Below are positions 12,188 through 27,156 of a stretch of DNA of 64,000 nt, piece by piece. The number at the start of each line of letters is the position of its first letter. Position 1 is the stretch's first letter. Origin of the DNA: Camelus ferus. Taxonomy: Eukaryota. The position numbers were made by a program, and so were the translations under genes. The stretch lies in contig NC_045696.1 of the NCBI RefSeq assembly GCF_009834535.1, forward strand, positions 78,494,001-78,558,000, written 5' to 3'. The notes beneath the pieces were generated by a model. It was not told the origin of the DNA, searched no databases, and was given only the letters and a program-made list of their open reading frames with translations.

Positions 12188-15100
12188 CTCATATATCTGC
12201 ATTACTTGGCAGATAGTGTGAATGTTAATTTTGACAAAACTCAATCAGCCTATAAACTTCTGACCAAAGAAAATGCAAAACTATTACCTGCTTAAGTATC
12301 CTGCATACCTCATACACATGCACTACTGCTAAAAGGGGTGTGTTGTACCTACTTGTGAAATTGAGGTTTTCATAATAAAAGCTTTGTGATCATTTTTCAG
12401 TTTCCTCAAAGTGCAGAAGTAGTTAATGAGACTTTGGAGTTTATAGAAATGGAAAAATATATCTTCCTTAGAGGCTACAAATGACTATCTTTGTTACTGG
12501 CCACACATAAAGTGTCAAAATGTTAGTCTGCCATAAATTCATTTCCAAAGTAAGGGACAAGAATAATGATCTTCTCTAATTCGGAAATATATTGAGGATG
12601 ACAATGAAGGAAGGGAAAAACAAATAATAAAATAAAATAGACACATATAGGCTATTTCTCTAAATCTGTTTAATGAACTTTGGCCATTAGGAATGTAGAG
12701 AGAAATGAACTGACTGCACCTAAGCTGTTTGATATTTAGGTTGAGGAAAAACTCAGACTACTTCAGAACTCTAAAAAAAATCAGAAAGTTAAAGAGGATT
12801 TTCTTATTTTTTAACTAAAACTGTAATTTATTTGGAATCCAGTTTTGATTTGGTAAGTTCAAATGATCGTTGTACTTTAAAACCACTATCCTTGAGAAAG
12901 AAAAATTTAACTTATGGTACCATATAAAGTGCTCTGAAGTTTTTAAAAATGATAGTGATTTTCAACAGGGTTAGACTATCCCATAAATTTATAGAAGCAA
13001 AAGACCTGGTTGACAAACAGCTTGTCCACCGAAACAAGCCCATGGATACAAAGTGGAGAGATAGATCTGGAATCTATTTCTGACAGATTTAAACACCTGC
13101 TGCTGCAAGGGAGTAAAATCTTAAGTAATCAAATGATTCTGTTGAGTGGCTATTTAGCTTGGGATTCTCACGCTGGGCTAACAGGAATTAGTGTGAAGAG
13201 GCCTTGATAAGAGCAGAGCTCCAAATCAAAGTCAATTTTACATGTGACTATATTCAGTTTTACTAAATGACTTAAAAGAAGGGTGACCGAAAGGCTGCAG
13301 GCAGTTCAGAGAAGCATTACTGGAAAAGGAAACAGAAAAAGTAAAAAACCTCCTTACTGTATTGTGGGACAGAAAGAACATATACCATTGTTATTCTGTA
13401 TTAAACGTAAGTAGTATGTGCTTACTTAGTTCTTCTGCTTTTAATTCTCCATTTATAATCTCAAATTTATTTATCTTAAAGATTCATAATACAGCCTATA
13501 AAATTTAAATATCAAATAAAAGTTTAAAAATAGTTAAAATAATTTGCTATATCAGAGGATAAAATGAAACATTATAAAATAGTGCTATGTTTTTATACAT
13601 ATTATTTATTTAATTAGTTCTGTTAATTACTAATTGCCATTTTAACTATTATACAATTTTGTTTACTAGCAACTATATAACAGAAAAGTAAATTATAAGT
13701 AATAATACGCAATTTCAAATGTCTATTTTCATATGTTAATGTTAAAGTAATGATACACATGCATATAATTATATTATGTTTGTTACATTATGTTATACTG
13801 GTTGTTTTGGACAGGCATAGAATGAGAGGTTGGCTCTGTAAAAAGTTGATTATCCTAATATTTGGACCTGAAGTCAAAAAGATTGATCTGGGTGGAAATA
13901 AGTATCTGGGAATTAAAAAAATAAATTGCTCCCAACTTTGTGCTAATTTTTACAGGCTCATATTACAATATCACACTACATCGTAATTATTTGTATCCTC
14001 ACTAAAGAGTGAAGGGGAAGTAGTACAGCATAATTACCTTTGCTCCTCCGGTACCCAATACAGTGTCTGCATACAACAGGCTTACCATTAATATTTGTAT
14101 GAAACTGCCTCTGAAAAGTTTTAGAGAGTCTTTTTTGTAATATTAACATATTACAATGGAAATATTTTATATATAAAAGAGTGAAAGAAATAAGAGTATG
14201 AGTTTTGCAGCAGTACTAACAAGCTTTTATTTAAAAGGTGGAGATTTAGCTTAAAAAAATAAATTCTAGAAATAATTCTCTTGGAAAGACAAATATAAAA
14301 AAATATTCAAGGACAAGAAAGCACTTCATATACACACAAGTATGAAATTCATACCATGCTAATTAACAGGAGACCATATGTCAAATTTGCAAGGAAATGT
14401 TACAGATGTATTTCAGTTATATAAGGAAATAAAGCCACTTGTGTAAAGATAATTTTCAGCATCAAGTACTAAATGAATTGCTGCCAAACTGATTAATATG
14501 GTTAAAAGTTGATATTTTTGAAATTTATATGAAAAACTGTATGTGAAAATCTTCAAAAAACTTACAGAATCAGGCAAGAGATATCTAACAATTGATTTAT
14601 CTGTACAAAGTTAAAGTTAATGAGTTGGGGTTATTCCCCTTTAAAACATCACTTTGCCCTAATGGCTGACTGTTTATTCCCTATCTGAATGTTGTTCTTT
14701 CATTTTTGTAGAAAGGGAATTATTTCAAAATTGTCTTCTGAGAGAAATATAATATTTTTAAAGAAAACATAAAAAATAATTTAGTATAATTTCAACTTCA
14801 AGGATAGATTCTAATAATACAAAAATTACCATTTTACCATAAGTGGTACAATGAAACTTAAATATTTATTATGGTTAAATTATTTTATGGATTTTATATA
14901 AGTTAAGTGCATGACAGAGCACAAAACCAAAAATATTTCAATGATTTTTTTAAAATGAACTTTAAAAGAAATAGACTATTAGTCTTTTCCTAACAAGTTA
15001 ATCTCACTGAGTAGATCAACCAAAGAATCCAATGTCTCAACAAAATTACACTGGAAGTGTGGGGGTACTCAAGGACAGATTATAAAAGTTCCATAAGACT

Positions 15101-18100
15101 TCTGCCATCAGTGCTCTTCTTCTTCACTTGTATGGGACTTGGAATATCAACAAGACCCTATTTCAATCCAGTGGGTTAGAAATGCACAGCCTCTGACTGT
15201 TACAAGACTGTTTATAACACTAGATTTTATTTTTCCATTGAAATTCTCTGTTAGATCATCTAATTACCCTAATTTTTTTTATTAGTCTCATACCCTAAGG
15301 AAAGCCTGCCTCTTCAGGAAAATAAAATGCAGAGTAAATTCTGGGACAAATCACATTTATTAAACAGTTTAGTGGGAATCTTCTCAAGAAAAATAAAAAT
15401 TATGATAATTGCATCTGCTGTGGTTTAAAGAGCCCCAGGAAGGGGTGGTAAACCTCAGGCAGAATAAAATGCCTTGAACAGACTCCAGCATCCAGCCACT
15501 CACTAATACGTGATTTCTAATTACCTTTGTAGTTTGTCATTGTTCAACACAATCAAATCTAATTGACCAGAAAATTTTGGTTAGAGTGCACTAAACTATG
15601 GTTAAATTTTTACTGTTATTATTCTGGTTTCTTTGTGAACATCCCAACTTTACTGCATCATTAAACCTTAGATTTTGATAATAAGAATATTTCATAAAAT
15701 TTTTCAAACAACTGTAATATTCACACAGGAGCTCCTGTGTTCGTAGACCCACTGTCATGTTTTCAAAAAGCATTTAATCCATACCCATTCTTTCTAGGTT
15801 ATTAAAAACAGTGGCATTTTTATTTTAATTAAGCACTTCAGTTAAAAGCCATGACCAACAAAGGTCAAATGTTAAAGGTAAACTTATGTTAAGTGTACAT
15901 CAGAGCATCTTTCATAACATGAGGGGAATTCAAATCTGAAGTGGTTCTCAGTTTTAGAGCCACTGACGAGGTGTACATACAAGAAAGGTATGTACCCTTT
16001 TAACTATCTCAATTTAGAAGCTTCCATTATTTATTTTCATGTTGAGAATCAGTGATCTAAGCAATGGATTAGACATTTCTGTCATCAGTTCTCTAAAATC
16101 TAGAAAAATATTACAGGAATGATTGAGTTTGTTGTCTACATGTTTACTTTGTCCATATACTCTGTGCATTACTAATGAATTGAAGATAAACATATATGAA
16201 TTTATTTCTTAAAGAGAATAAAGAAAATGGTTACCCACACTGTTTTCTTTTTTTTTTTTATAAAATGCCTCTATAAAACAAGACAATGAGATAACACCAT
16301 TAGAAAACCTCCCTGTATAGCTCACCTTATATCTCCTAACATTTTCATTTATATGTTAATTTTATTTTCCATGATATGTGGAGGCTTCAGAGGACGTCAT
16401 GTATGTTTGATAAAAGGACTGATAGTTTTTATTAACGTCAGATGTAGTGGGTCAGCCAAGGAACAGCTCTAACCAGTTCTGATCAGTTTGGGCATTAATA
16501 TCCATGTACTTCAGTTTTACCTTGGTTATCAAAGAAACGGACAGAAAATACAATGCATCGCAACATGTCGGATTAGAACATCTAAAGTGGAAGCCTCTTA
16601 AAACATCATTTCAAAATTATGTATCTTTTCTACTAACAAGTGAAAAATTATCTGAAAGATCTAGCATGCCTCCCACAATACACCCGTTCTCAACTTGATC
16701 ATACCTGAAGTAACTCGAATCCTTCTACAAATGCACGTGACCATGAACTAAAAAATTTAAAAAATAAACTACTCAAGCAGCAAATAATGAAGAAGCTGTT
16801 GAGAAAGCCCAAGTAAAGGCATAAAAATCCCAGTTCTTTCTAATTCTCCCTTTATCACTGGGATAACTAACTTGGCTCCCTACAGTCATGGGTTCAGTTT
16901 CCTCTTAGACATAAATTCTGATCTGAATTGAGCCGAAGGGAATAGATAAAACCCCAGAGCATATTGACTTGGCCTACTTCCCATCTTCCACTAGGCTTGT
17001 AGCCTAATTACCATTACCATCTGATAAAATGTACTTATTTTCTCAACTAAAATATACGTTTAAAAGCAGTAAAATATGATAAAAAGAAATAAATATATGT
17101 CATTGCTGTAAAAAGAAAAACAATTTTAAAAAGCAAAACTGATGGAGCCAGAAAATTGTTAGAAAATATACTTATTTAAACTACAACTGTCATTTTTCCG
17201 TATAGAATAACCTTTGTTTTAAAATATTAGTTAGGATATTAATCAAAAGAAATTAGAACTTTTAAGTACTTCTTAAAGGAACATAAAACTAGTCCCAAAC
17301 AGGTGGTATGACTCTCCTTTAGCTGCTCACATGATTTGTTAGTGAAAATACCCAAAAGAGAGAAAAGAAATACCTAAAAAAATACCTGAGAGAAGCTGCT
17401 AACCCATAATTTAAAGGATAGGTTTTATTCTTAGGTTATAGTACTAGATTCAAAGTTCTCATTCTAGGTCAATTAAAGAAAAAAAAAAACCCTCAGAAAA
17501 AACATTAAACTGATGAATTATTTAAGTACTTAATGGTCAAAAATCACTTTTCCCTCCAATTCTAATGTATAATTCAAAGGGAAATTCAACCCCAAAGCTG
17601 TTTAATTTTATTTTACTTAGTTATTCTTAATTACTTAAATAGGAACACACACACAGAATTCAACAGAAGCTAGGCAATAGTATAAGTGTTTTGCAGAGTA
17701 ACAAAATTTTACTAACATATATTGAGTTGGAAATGATCTTAGAAATGCATTCAATGCAATAGCCAAGTTCATTCCTTCCCCCTCCTCACCGCACACAATT
17801 TGCTTCTTTGTCCAGCTTTAAAATGCTTGAATCTGAATAGCTTTAGAAGGGGAATGGCCTCTTTCCCCACAGGTTCACCATTCCCTACTGTCTCACACCC
17901 AGCTATCTCATGCAATTCATATATTATATGTCTGACCTTCAAGGCAAAAGAATTTGCCACCTTTTAATGTAACCCCTTCATTTCATTCAAAACCAAGGGA
18001 ATACTCAGAAGGTTAAGTGCTTTGTCCAAGTTCCTAAAGTATGTTTGTGGCCAGGTTGGGTCCACTCAGATTTCCTAGTTCTTGGCTCCATGCTGTCTCT

Positions 18101-18456
18101 TGGGCCTTTGCTATCCATGCCATGTAAAATTTCATACATAATAAGCCTGAACCATCATTTAAACATTGATTACAGCTAGTGCTCTACAGAAAAAAACGCA
18201 TTTCAATCACACACGGGCATCATTTGCTCAAAACAGGAATGCTCAAGGAAGAACTGTCTTTAAAACGTGTCTTTAAACTGTAATGCCTAAATGGAAATTC
18301 ACATTCTATGCATGGCCACATACAGACAGATTTTCCAAAAGGTCATCAGACCTGTATAAACTTGGAATAAATAAGAAATGCAAAGCCATGCTGTATTATG
18401 GCACAAATTGCATTGCTGATATAATTTTAAAATAAAATAGTGGGTCAACTTAAACC

Positions 18457-18481
18457 AGAGAGAGAGAGAGAGAGAGAGAGA
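18457..18481. repeat. (GA)n microsatellite
   Basis: direct reading. Confidence 0.9.
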
Positions 18482-21157
18482 CTAATCTGATTACTTACAA
18501 TTAAATTTACAATTGTATAAAAATCAATTGATACCACAAAGGCAAGGAATTATATCAGTATCAATAGCCACACAGAAATTATTTAGACAATACCATCCAA
18601 AGAAAATGGGCTCAAGTCCATGAAATAAAAGATGAAGAGAAATTGGAATATATAAGATTATGCCACAGAATGATGTTCACATTCTGTTCTTTTTCCAAAA
18701 TTAGCAGCTATTGGCACATTATAGAGGTATGCTAAGTCACGTTATTAAAAGTTGATACAAGAATAGTCTTGCATTCTAATTAAAGCAATTAGGTCTTACT
18801 TGAATCAAATGATCCTAGTGCAACCAGAGAGTCTTTGCAGGTTACAGGACACTGACAAGCTGATCCCAGGGCTCTTCATCCAGGTGCCAACAGTCAAAGC
18901 TCATTTCCTGTTCATAAATCAAAAAAACAGAGGTGATCAATTTAAATTGGGAGTTGTATTAGATAATTTATCAGTTGCTGCCTGAATTTTATTTTTTAGT
19001 TAAGGCTTTTTAGTTAAGTTACTTTATCTGTTCTTTTTTTGTTGTTGTTAAACAGCCTGAAATTCTATTCTTTTTTGGAAGTCAAGAATGTACAAAGAGA
19101 CATTTTTTTAAAGTATAGCATTTTATTTCAGGAACAGATAAATACACAGACACAGAAATACTTTTCTCTCTTGCTCTCATTTACACGTGTTTACATTTCT
19201 GCCTTAATTTATCTAGTCTAAATGGTACATTTATCTTGTGGCATGCACTGTTAAATACAATAAAGATACAGCAGAAGACACAAAATTGGATACAAGTGAC
19301 ATTATCTCTGTTGGAAGAAAGGGTTAACAAAAAGAAAAACATGTAGTAGAAAGAGCACATCAAGGACTGAAAACCTGGTTCCTTCATTAAAAACCTTTGT
19401 GACCATGGGTAATTCCTGTAGCTTTTAAAATATCAATCACTTTAAATTTAAGAATGAAAACAGGGACCATGAAGAACTATTGTGAGATTTAGAGACATTG
19501 TACATAACATACCTTATACATTTCCTGACATGTACTAGGTGCTCAATAATTGAATGATATTCTGTGTTATTTCAGGACATTGATAGCCTTTCCCTATTAT
19601 TTTATATCTTTTACAGCCAAGATTGGTTATTTGACATTTCATGTGCAGCTGTGATATTAAGCAATAATGCCATAATTATAGAACTACTTATTTTTACTTC
19701 CCTCTTTATTTCTATATTTTTATCTTAGCATTAAGATATCAGAAAGTTATACTGTGTTTTTATCTTTCTTTTAAAATTATTCACCCTAAATAAGCTATTA
19801 TTTTCTTCAATCAAGGTCAGCTTGCAGCATTGCATAAATTTGTGACTAAAGCTAAAAAAGCTCAGCTCTTTGTTGTTGAGTTAGTTTACTTTCTCTTTGC
19901 TCTCTTAATTATTTCTTCCTCATTTGAAAATTTCTCATCTCTCTTAAGCTTTATAAGATAGAAAATAATGTCATAAAGGACTCAACTACCAAAATAAGAA
20001 GTAAAATAATATTTCTGCATTTTTATCTTAAATTCCTTCTGCTTTCAGAATTGCTTAGGATAGACTCTGTAGATTCATCCACTTTGGAAGTCCCGTCCAA
20101 CTCCTTTCTTTTCTCATAAACTTCAGAGCTTCTTGATATGAGGAACCTAACTTGTTTAATGCAAGAATGATAAGCTTTCTGAAACCATTTATTATCAAAT
20201 AAAGTCCTTGGATCACGATTCCTGACATACATCATCAGTACAGGCACACACACATGCATACTCACACGTACAGTTCAGGACCTTTTAGAATAGCTCATTT
20301 GTGGGGAATAAAAGGGTTGTCAAATGGGGAGGACTGAAGGTCACTACTCGATTCTCAACTTTTATTTAAAAGGACCTCAAGATTCTGTTCACGGACAAGG
20401 TTGTGCAAGAAATCAATCATTGTCTTAGTACAAGTGTAGGCTTCTGCTACCATTCACCACTGAAAATGAAGAAGAAGCCATAAAGGACATGGTGTAGGCA
20501 TGTCCACAGAAACTTAGGTCTTCAAGCTGCCAGTCACAGGACATCTAAGTCACAAGGGACTTTCCTTCTAACCCTTTCTCTCGGTGCCATCTGCATTCCT
20601 GTATTTGATTAAAAATTAAACTGTATAGAATTAGATAGCTGAAAAGTCATATGTCATCTTGTCTAACATAATGCCTTCCATCAATCCTTGCTTCTTCTAA
20701 CACCAAATTCAAGATTGTATTTACTAAATGAACTCTAGTGTCATGTTTTGAAGTGCATTATTCACGATGTGATCTTCTCAGGTTCTTAGGGAAGCTTGCC
20801 TGAATTAGTTCCTTGTGGACTTTTCAAATATTACCTAAAGTCAGAATACTGGAACAAGATGGAAGTTTAGAGACTATCTCATTCAAATACTCATAAAAAT
20901 ATCTACCATCAGTTCCCACTAGACATTTTATTTGACAATAGACTTCATTCAAACCCTATATGCAATGCTTTGGGAATAAAATCTCAAAAATAAAAATCCC
21001 TACTTGTTTATGGAGAATTTTTCTCTATAAATGGTATAAATTTATATCAGAAAGACAAAATGGTACAACTCTTTAGAAAATTGTCTTTGATTCTGATGAT
21101 GGCTTGATTAAAAACATCAATACACTAATGTTGGATTTTCTTAGTCACAGTATATAA

Positions 21158-21183
21158 AAACAAACAAACAAACAAACAAACAA
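21158..21183. repeat. (CAAA)n microsatellite
   Basis: direct reading. Confidence 0.85.
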
Positions 21184-21995
21184 AAAAAACCCAAAAGAAT
21201 GCCCCAACAAATTTTCCAATGTAGCAAAGTTTCTGTGGGATGAATGTAATATCATTAATAAACCATTCTTGTATATTGTTATCAATTTGCTAGCTTATGG
21301 AGGGTGACTTTTCCTAAAATGATTTTCTTGACCCACTCTATTGATCAAGAACTAACAAAAATTCCCTGTTGTCAATCACACAAATTTCATTTTCAGTTTA
21401 ACATCCATCAAAAGCCCACCATGAGGCAAGCATATAAACTTCAAATCCTGTATACAGCTTCCAGATTTTTTAATATCTTGATCTACATCTGGGATTCTTG
21501 AAAGCAAGGACTATGTCTTGGTTAGCTGTGCCCCCAGGACCGATCACTGTGCCAATAATGTATTATTGGCACAATACCAGTATTGTTAGTTAAAAGGCAT
21601 CTGTGACTCTCAACATTTCCAGTCTTTTCCACATCACAGATCTCTTCACAGCCTGTTGGAAAAACACTCTGAGCAGCCCCTCTTGTCTTTTCTAGTGCTG
21701 GTCTTCCTAAGACATTTATTTTGCTTTCTTTTGTCTACTTTTCTACTCATCCGCCAAGATTCACCTCTGTCATGAAATCTATTCCAACTAAGGCATGTAA
21801 TTTCTCTCTAATCTTTCCAACATTGTGCTACAATGAACTCTAATTTTCGGGAGAAGAGTGGAAAATCAGATTGGCATTCCTTACATATTCCCCACAGCTC
21901 CTAACTCCAAGTTTGGCACACAGTGCTACTACTATAGAGGATACAGATGATTTCTGAGCTGGGAAAGATACAAGTTCCTTGTTGATGAATTAGAT

Positions 21996-22215
21996 CAGGG
22001 ATCGGCAGACTATAGGCCTAGGGCCAAATTCAGCCTTCTCTCTGTTTTTGTAAATAAAATTTTATTGGAACACAGCCACATCCATTTATCCATATATTGT
22101 CTATGGCTGCTTTCCTGCTATGATAGCAGAGTTGTGCAGTTGCAACAGAGATTGTCTGGCCCACAAGCCTATAATATCTATTATCTGGTTCATTGCAGAA
22201 TAAGTTTGCCAATCA
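21996..22215 (+). mobile_element. hAT-Charlie MITE, MER58A-like
   Basis: caggg..cggca...gggccaaattcagcc...gtttttgtaaataaaattttattggaacacagccac...gtttgccaa. Confidence 0.85.
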
Positions 22216-22309
22216 GTATATTAGTTCAGTGGTTGTCCAGTGTGGGCCCAAGATGAGATGTGGGCCAATTACAGCCTTAAAAACTGTGGTTAGACAACAC
22301 TCTAGAATC

Positions 22310-22491
22310 CAGTTCTTAAAGGGCGGTCCCTGAACTGGCAGTACTGGTATCATCCGGAAACTTGTTAGAAGTGCAACATCTCAGACTCCATCCCAGACTA
22401 CAGATCAGAAACTCTGCCGGTGGGATCAGTAAGCACTGGTTTTACCAGCCCTTCAGGGGAGTCTAATGCACACTTAAATTTGAGAACTGCT
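22310..22491 (+). mobile_element. hAT-Charlie MITE, MER5A-like
   Basis: ggtccctgaac...catccggaaacttgttagaagtgca...tcagaaactctg...aatgcacacttaaatttgagaactgctg. Confidence 0.8.
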
Positions 22492-24599
22492 GGATTAGTT
22501 CAAGAAAGGAGCATTGATTAACACCTGGCCGTAACGACTTGGTCTGGCTATGGCAGATCCTTTTTCAACTGCTACTAGTGTGTACAGAGTTTCAAGTGAT
22601 TAAGAGGTATCTATTATATTTCATCTGCCCTGAGTCATAACACCTTGGGCTTACTCTGAAAGAACACTAAGGAACAGGATTACCTTGATGTGGGAATTGC
22701 TACAGAACTTTCAGTAAATGCTAATATAGCCACCAGCTGTATATCCAAAGGAAAGACAATATACCAAGTGCCAAATCTATCCAAAAATAGATTGAAATAT
22801 CAAAGCAATATAGCAGATAAGCTCCAGTTTTTATAGGGCTGCCTGTCAGGACAAACCTTTGCACAATGATTCTCAGCAGGGACACAGGAGAAGCGGACTA
22901 CAGCTCAGTATGAAACCGTGCTCATCAAGGATTTGTTCCAACATGCATATCCCCAGCTCTTAGTCTCAAATGTGGCCAGACAGAATTTTCCATGATAGTG
23001 TGTGGGTAGAAATAAGCAATAATCACTGTCAAGTCTTATAGAAGGTAGCAACTACCTAGCATTCCCTCTGGAAAAACTATATAGTTGCATTATGTAATAT
23101 ATATAATTTTCATAAAATAATGTTTGTTTACCTTTACAATAAATCCCCTTCTTTATTGTTTCTCTCTAAAATACAGATTAACACCAGCAGTTATGGCTAT
23201 GATATGAAAGGATTATAATCTATAAAAAATAATGGCAAGGTATTGATAAGAGATAAACATGATAATTTTTTTTTCTGGAAAGACCGTTGCCTCAATGTAT
23301 TATATTTAATGTTGAAAGGTCAGCAGCTATATCAGAAATAACAGTAAAATTATTTAACCTATTGAAGAGTCCCTACATAAAGGTTAAAAGAAACACATGT
23401 CGATCAATACAAATAAACTATTGAATGACAGCCTCTAGAAAGTTCACATTATTTCCTAGTCATAAAAAATCATTATGTTTCCACACAACAGTATAACCAT
23501 TATTTCTCTTTTGAAAAATGGCACATAGATTCTATATGCCCAAAGTCTATATAAACATTCTATTCAATATCCATTTAAGAGTGCTTTTATTTCGACATAT
23601 ATCTATGAAAAATAGGAAAAGCATTCAGATCTGCTGTGTAATAGAAAATTCAGAAATATGGGTCTGGATTTCACACTTAAGAATTTATTAAATGATTGAC
23701 CACTGTCCAGATAATCTGTTCAAATTCTGATTCAGTGACTTAAAATTCACAAATTTAAATCAAGATTAACAAATATATGGTTTGGTACCCATATGTATAA
23801 CACAGCCCAAATTCAAAGAGGAAGAACGTACAATTACCCATCTATACAGGAACTACCAGCCCATGTAAAGATTAAAATTATACTTTATTCAGAAATAATT
23901 CACAGTGGAGAGACATAATACTTATCTAGAAAGACAGTGGGTCACAACTTGCATGAAACAAGGAAGCAGCAGAGGCTGAGTACATTAAAGAAAATAATTT
24001 AAGGAGTGGAAAATTAGGCTAAATGTTAGAAACCTTTCATAGCAATCCATTAGCCTCTAGAATCAACCTGCAGCTGAAGCATCTTCAATTGAGTCATTTA
24101 AAATTAGACAAGAGCCCGTTTCGCCAAAGTACCACAGGGAATTATTGATAGAGAATGAGTGGTAAGATGAACTAAATGAATAATTTTTTTCTTTTACTCT
24201 TAAGTTAGATTTTTTGCATATCTAACTGCCATGATTTCACACACATTAAAAAACAGAAGATAAAAATGCTCTGAAAGTTATTGTTGTTATTATACCACAT
24301 CAATTCATATTGTTTTTATTTTTTTCCAAAACAAGGGGAAAACAGGATAAAAACAATTTGAGACAAAAACTACTCTTGAATAGTTCATTCAAAAAATTCA
24401 AAGAAAAGGTATATTAAAAGACAGTACATTCATTCATAAAATTCGCATAGTTAAAACCATATTTAATTACCAGCCATATCCCAGTACAACACATAACACA
24501 GAGTCGGTTATCAGCAAATACTAAATGAATAAGCAAACATCTCCCCTCTGGAGATTGTTTCTTATAGGGTTTATGCACTTGAGATGTAGGCTTATTGTA

Positions 24600-24840
24600 T
24601 TCATTAATTACTGAGACCCAAGCCTGACTGCCTGGGCTCAAAACTTGGCTTTGCTACTTAGTAGCTATGTGTCCTTGAGCAAGTTAGTTAGCTTCACTGT
24701 ATCTCAGTTCTTTTCATCTGAAAAATGAGGAGAGATTATAATAGTAGTAGCTGCCTCCTGGATTTTTTTTTTAAATACTAGTAACTTAATAGTAATAAAG
24801 CACAGAACCTGGTAGATCGTAATGACTCACTAACGGTAAT
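24600..24840 (+). mobile_element. MIR SINE
   Basis: ctgcctgggctcaaaacttggctttgctacttagtagctatgtgtccttgagcaagttagttagcttcactgtatctcagtt is the MIR core; other MIR relics lie near 6500, 17950, 19370, 25740, 33750, 38470 and 57850. Confidence 0.8.
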
Positions 24841-24976
24841 CACTTATTATCATCAACTGCTACCAAGGTGTACAGTGACCGACAGGGTAGGAGATTCTAG
24901 GAAAATAGTCTAGAAAGTGTCAGAGAGGACAGGTTGAAGTGACAAGCCAAAAATTCTTAGTATATAACCTATTTAC

Positions 24977-25400
24977 TAATACACTATTAAGTGAAGTAAG
25001 CTACAAAAAGAGAGAAAAATACCATATATCACTTATATGTGAAATCCTAAAAAAAAAAAAAAAAAGACAAATGAACTTATGTACAAATCAGAAAGACTCA
25101 CAGACATAGAAAATAAACTTAAGGCTACCGGGGGAAGAGGGTGGGAAGGAATAAACTGGGAGTTTGAGATTTACAGATACTAACTAATACATATAAAACA
25201 GATTAAAAAAATTCATACTGTTTATCACTGGAAACTATATTCAGTATCTTGTAGTAAATTATGGTGAAAAAGAATATAAAAATGAATATATGTATGTTCA
25301 TGTATGACTGAAGCATTATGCTGTACACCAGAAATTGACACATTTTAAAATGACTATACTTCAATAAAAATATATACATATAAAAATAATTTTAAAAAAT
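24977..25400 (+). mobile_element. young L1 3' UTR fragment
   Basis: taagtgaagtaagc...atgaacttat...gactcacagacatagaaaa...gctgtacaccagaaattgacaca...tatacttcaataaaaa. Confidence 0.9.
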
Positions 25401-26034
25401 CAGTCAGTTCCTTTATAAGATTATTATGGATGTAAGTGGTTATTCTCCCCCAAGTTAAAAGAAACCTGACCCTTTCTTCCCAGACCTCTCGTCAGTAAAT
25501 GGTTACTTAGCCTTAGCCCTCTAGGCTTTGTGCTGTATGTCAAGTTCTTGATCCCAGCAAGGCAGCCCAACAAGTTATTAGTAAAACACTAGGCCACTTT
25601 GGTTTTCTGGATTTCATACAGTGCCACCATCCCTGCCAGCTGTCCATAAATATAAATTGATATATGTAGATTTAGGGATAATTGCTGCCTGATCAATTAA
25701 CTCAAAGATTTCCAATGTAAGTTATAAGTCAGTCTCTCTGGGTTTTAATTTCAGCTAAACCATGAGCTCTGTCATTTTGGGCAAGTTACTTTACCCTTAG
25801 GCTTATTTCCTCATTTGTAAATGGGGAAATTATATAAATTATATCATCTCATTAGGTTATATTAAGGATTAAAAATCAGATAATTCATGAAAAATGCTTT
25901 CAAGTGCCCTGGAGAAACACTATCCAGGTACAAATCCTAGTCACGGTATTTATTAGCTGTGTGTACTGGTGCGCCTTACTTAGCCTCACTGTGCCTTATA
26001 AGTGCATAGAAAAATGCCAGCTATTGCTATGGAA

Positions 26035-26400
26035 ATAACTTTATTGGAATATAATTTATACAATACATCGAATGTGTGTAATTCAGTGATTTTTAGTAAA
26101 GTATACAGCAAGGTAACCATCACCATAATCAGGCTTTAGAACATTTCTTTACCCCCAAATTTTCCTTGTGCCCACTTGTGTAGTCAATCCTCACTCCCAA
26201 TCAGCCTCAGGCAACTACTGATCAGCTTTTTGTCTCTATGGCTTGGCTGCTTTGGGATTTTTGATATTGCAATCATATAACATGTAGTCTTTGTTTTCTG
26301 GTGTCCTTTACTTAGCATAATAGTTTTGAGGTTCATCATAACATGTATCAGGACTCCATTCCTTTTTATTGCCAAATAACGTTCCACTGTATAGATGTAC
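26035..26400 (-). mobile_element. old L1M 3' end
   Basis: aactttattggaatataattta...tcagtgatttttagtaaa...aaccatcaccataatc...ccattcctttttattgccaaataa. Confidence 0.75.
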
Positions 26401-27156
26401 CTGCTATTATAGATAGATACAAATACAGATAGATACAGGTATCTCATCATCATCCTATAATAATGAGAGATCTAAGGATTTTTTTCCTTTTTCCTTTCCA
26501 GGCTGTTCTCTAAGATTACATTTTATTTAAGGACAGTCTTTCACTGTTAAATAAATAGGAGCCTTTGGGGTTTCATCCGTTTCTCTGTCAATTAAAATTA
26601 TGTCTAGACTAGTGAGAACAAACTGAACACATTTCCAGACTGTCAATATGTTTCATGATGTATGTCCTTTTTTTCCATTCCTTCCTATTATCACTTCCAT
26701 TTCAAGTTGGTGACTCACCATTCCTCTTAAAGTCTGTGACAAGTCATCATTCCCTTGATGTTTCCCACGGATCCTTGAGACAATTCATACTCTCAATGAG
26801 CATATGAATAATAATGGAAGCCAGTGGTCAGAGAAAGGGGATGGCAGGGATTCTAGGACCTAAAAAACACTGGAATGGATGATCACCTAAACTGAGTATG
26901 TAGAGGGAAAAGAGCCAATAGTGGAATATTAAGGAACTTAACTTGTAAAAGGTGATAAGAGGAGGATCTATGAGGCATATAAAAGAAGTGAGGATAATAG
27001 AAGAAAATAGTCAAAAGTGCAAAGGAGTAGAATCTCAAAAATGTGCAAAGGTTTAGGCAACACAGAGGTCAAGTAACAACAGCACTGGGAGCACATGCAG
27101 TAGCTCCAAGGCAGGAGCATGTTTGAGATTATTTAAGGCAGGCGATGCAAATGAAT

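Noticed and set aside
20023..20265. 80-aa ORF with protein-like composition
   Set aside because: No recognisable homology, GTG start and no convincing splice sites.
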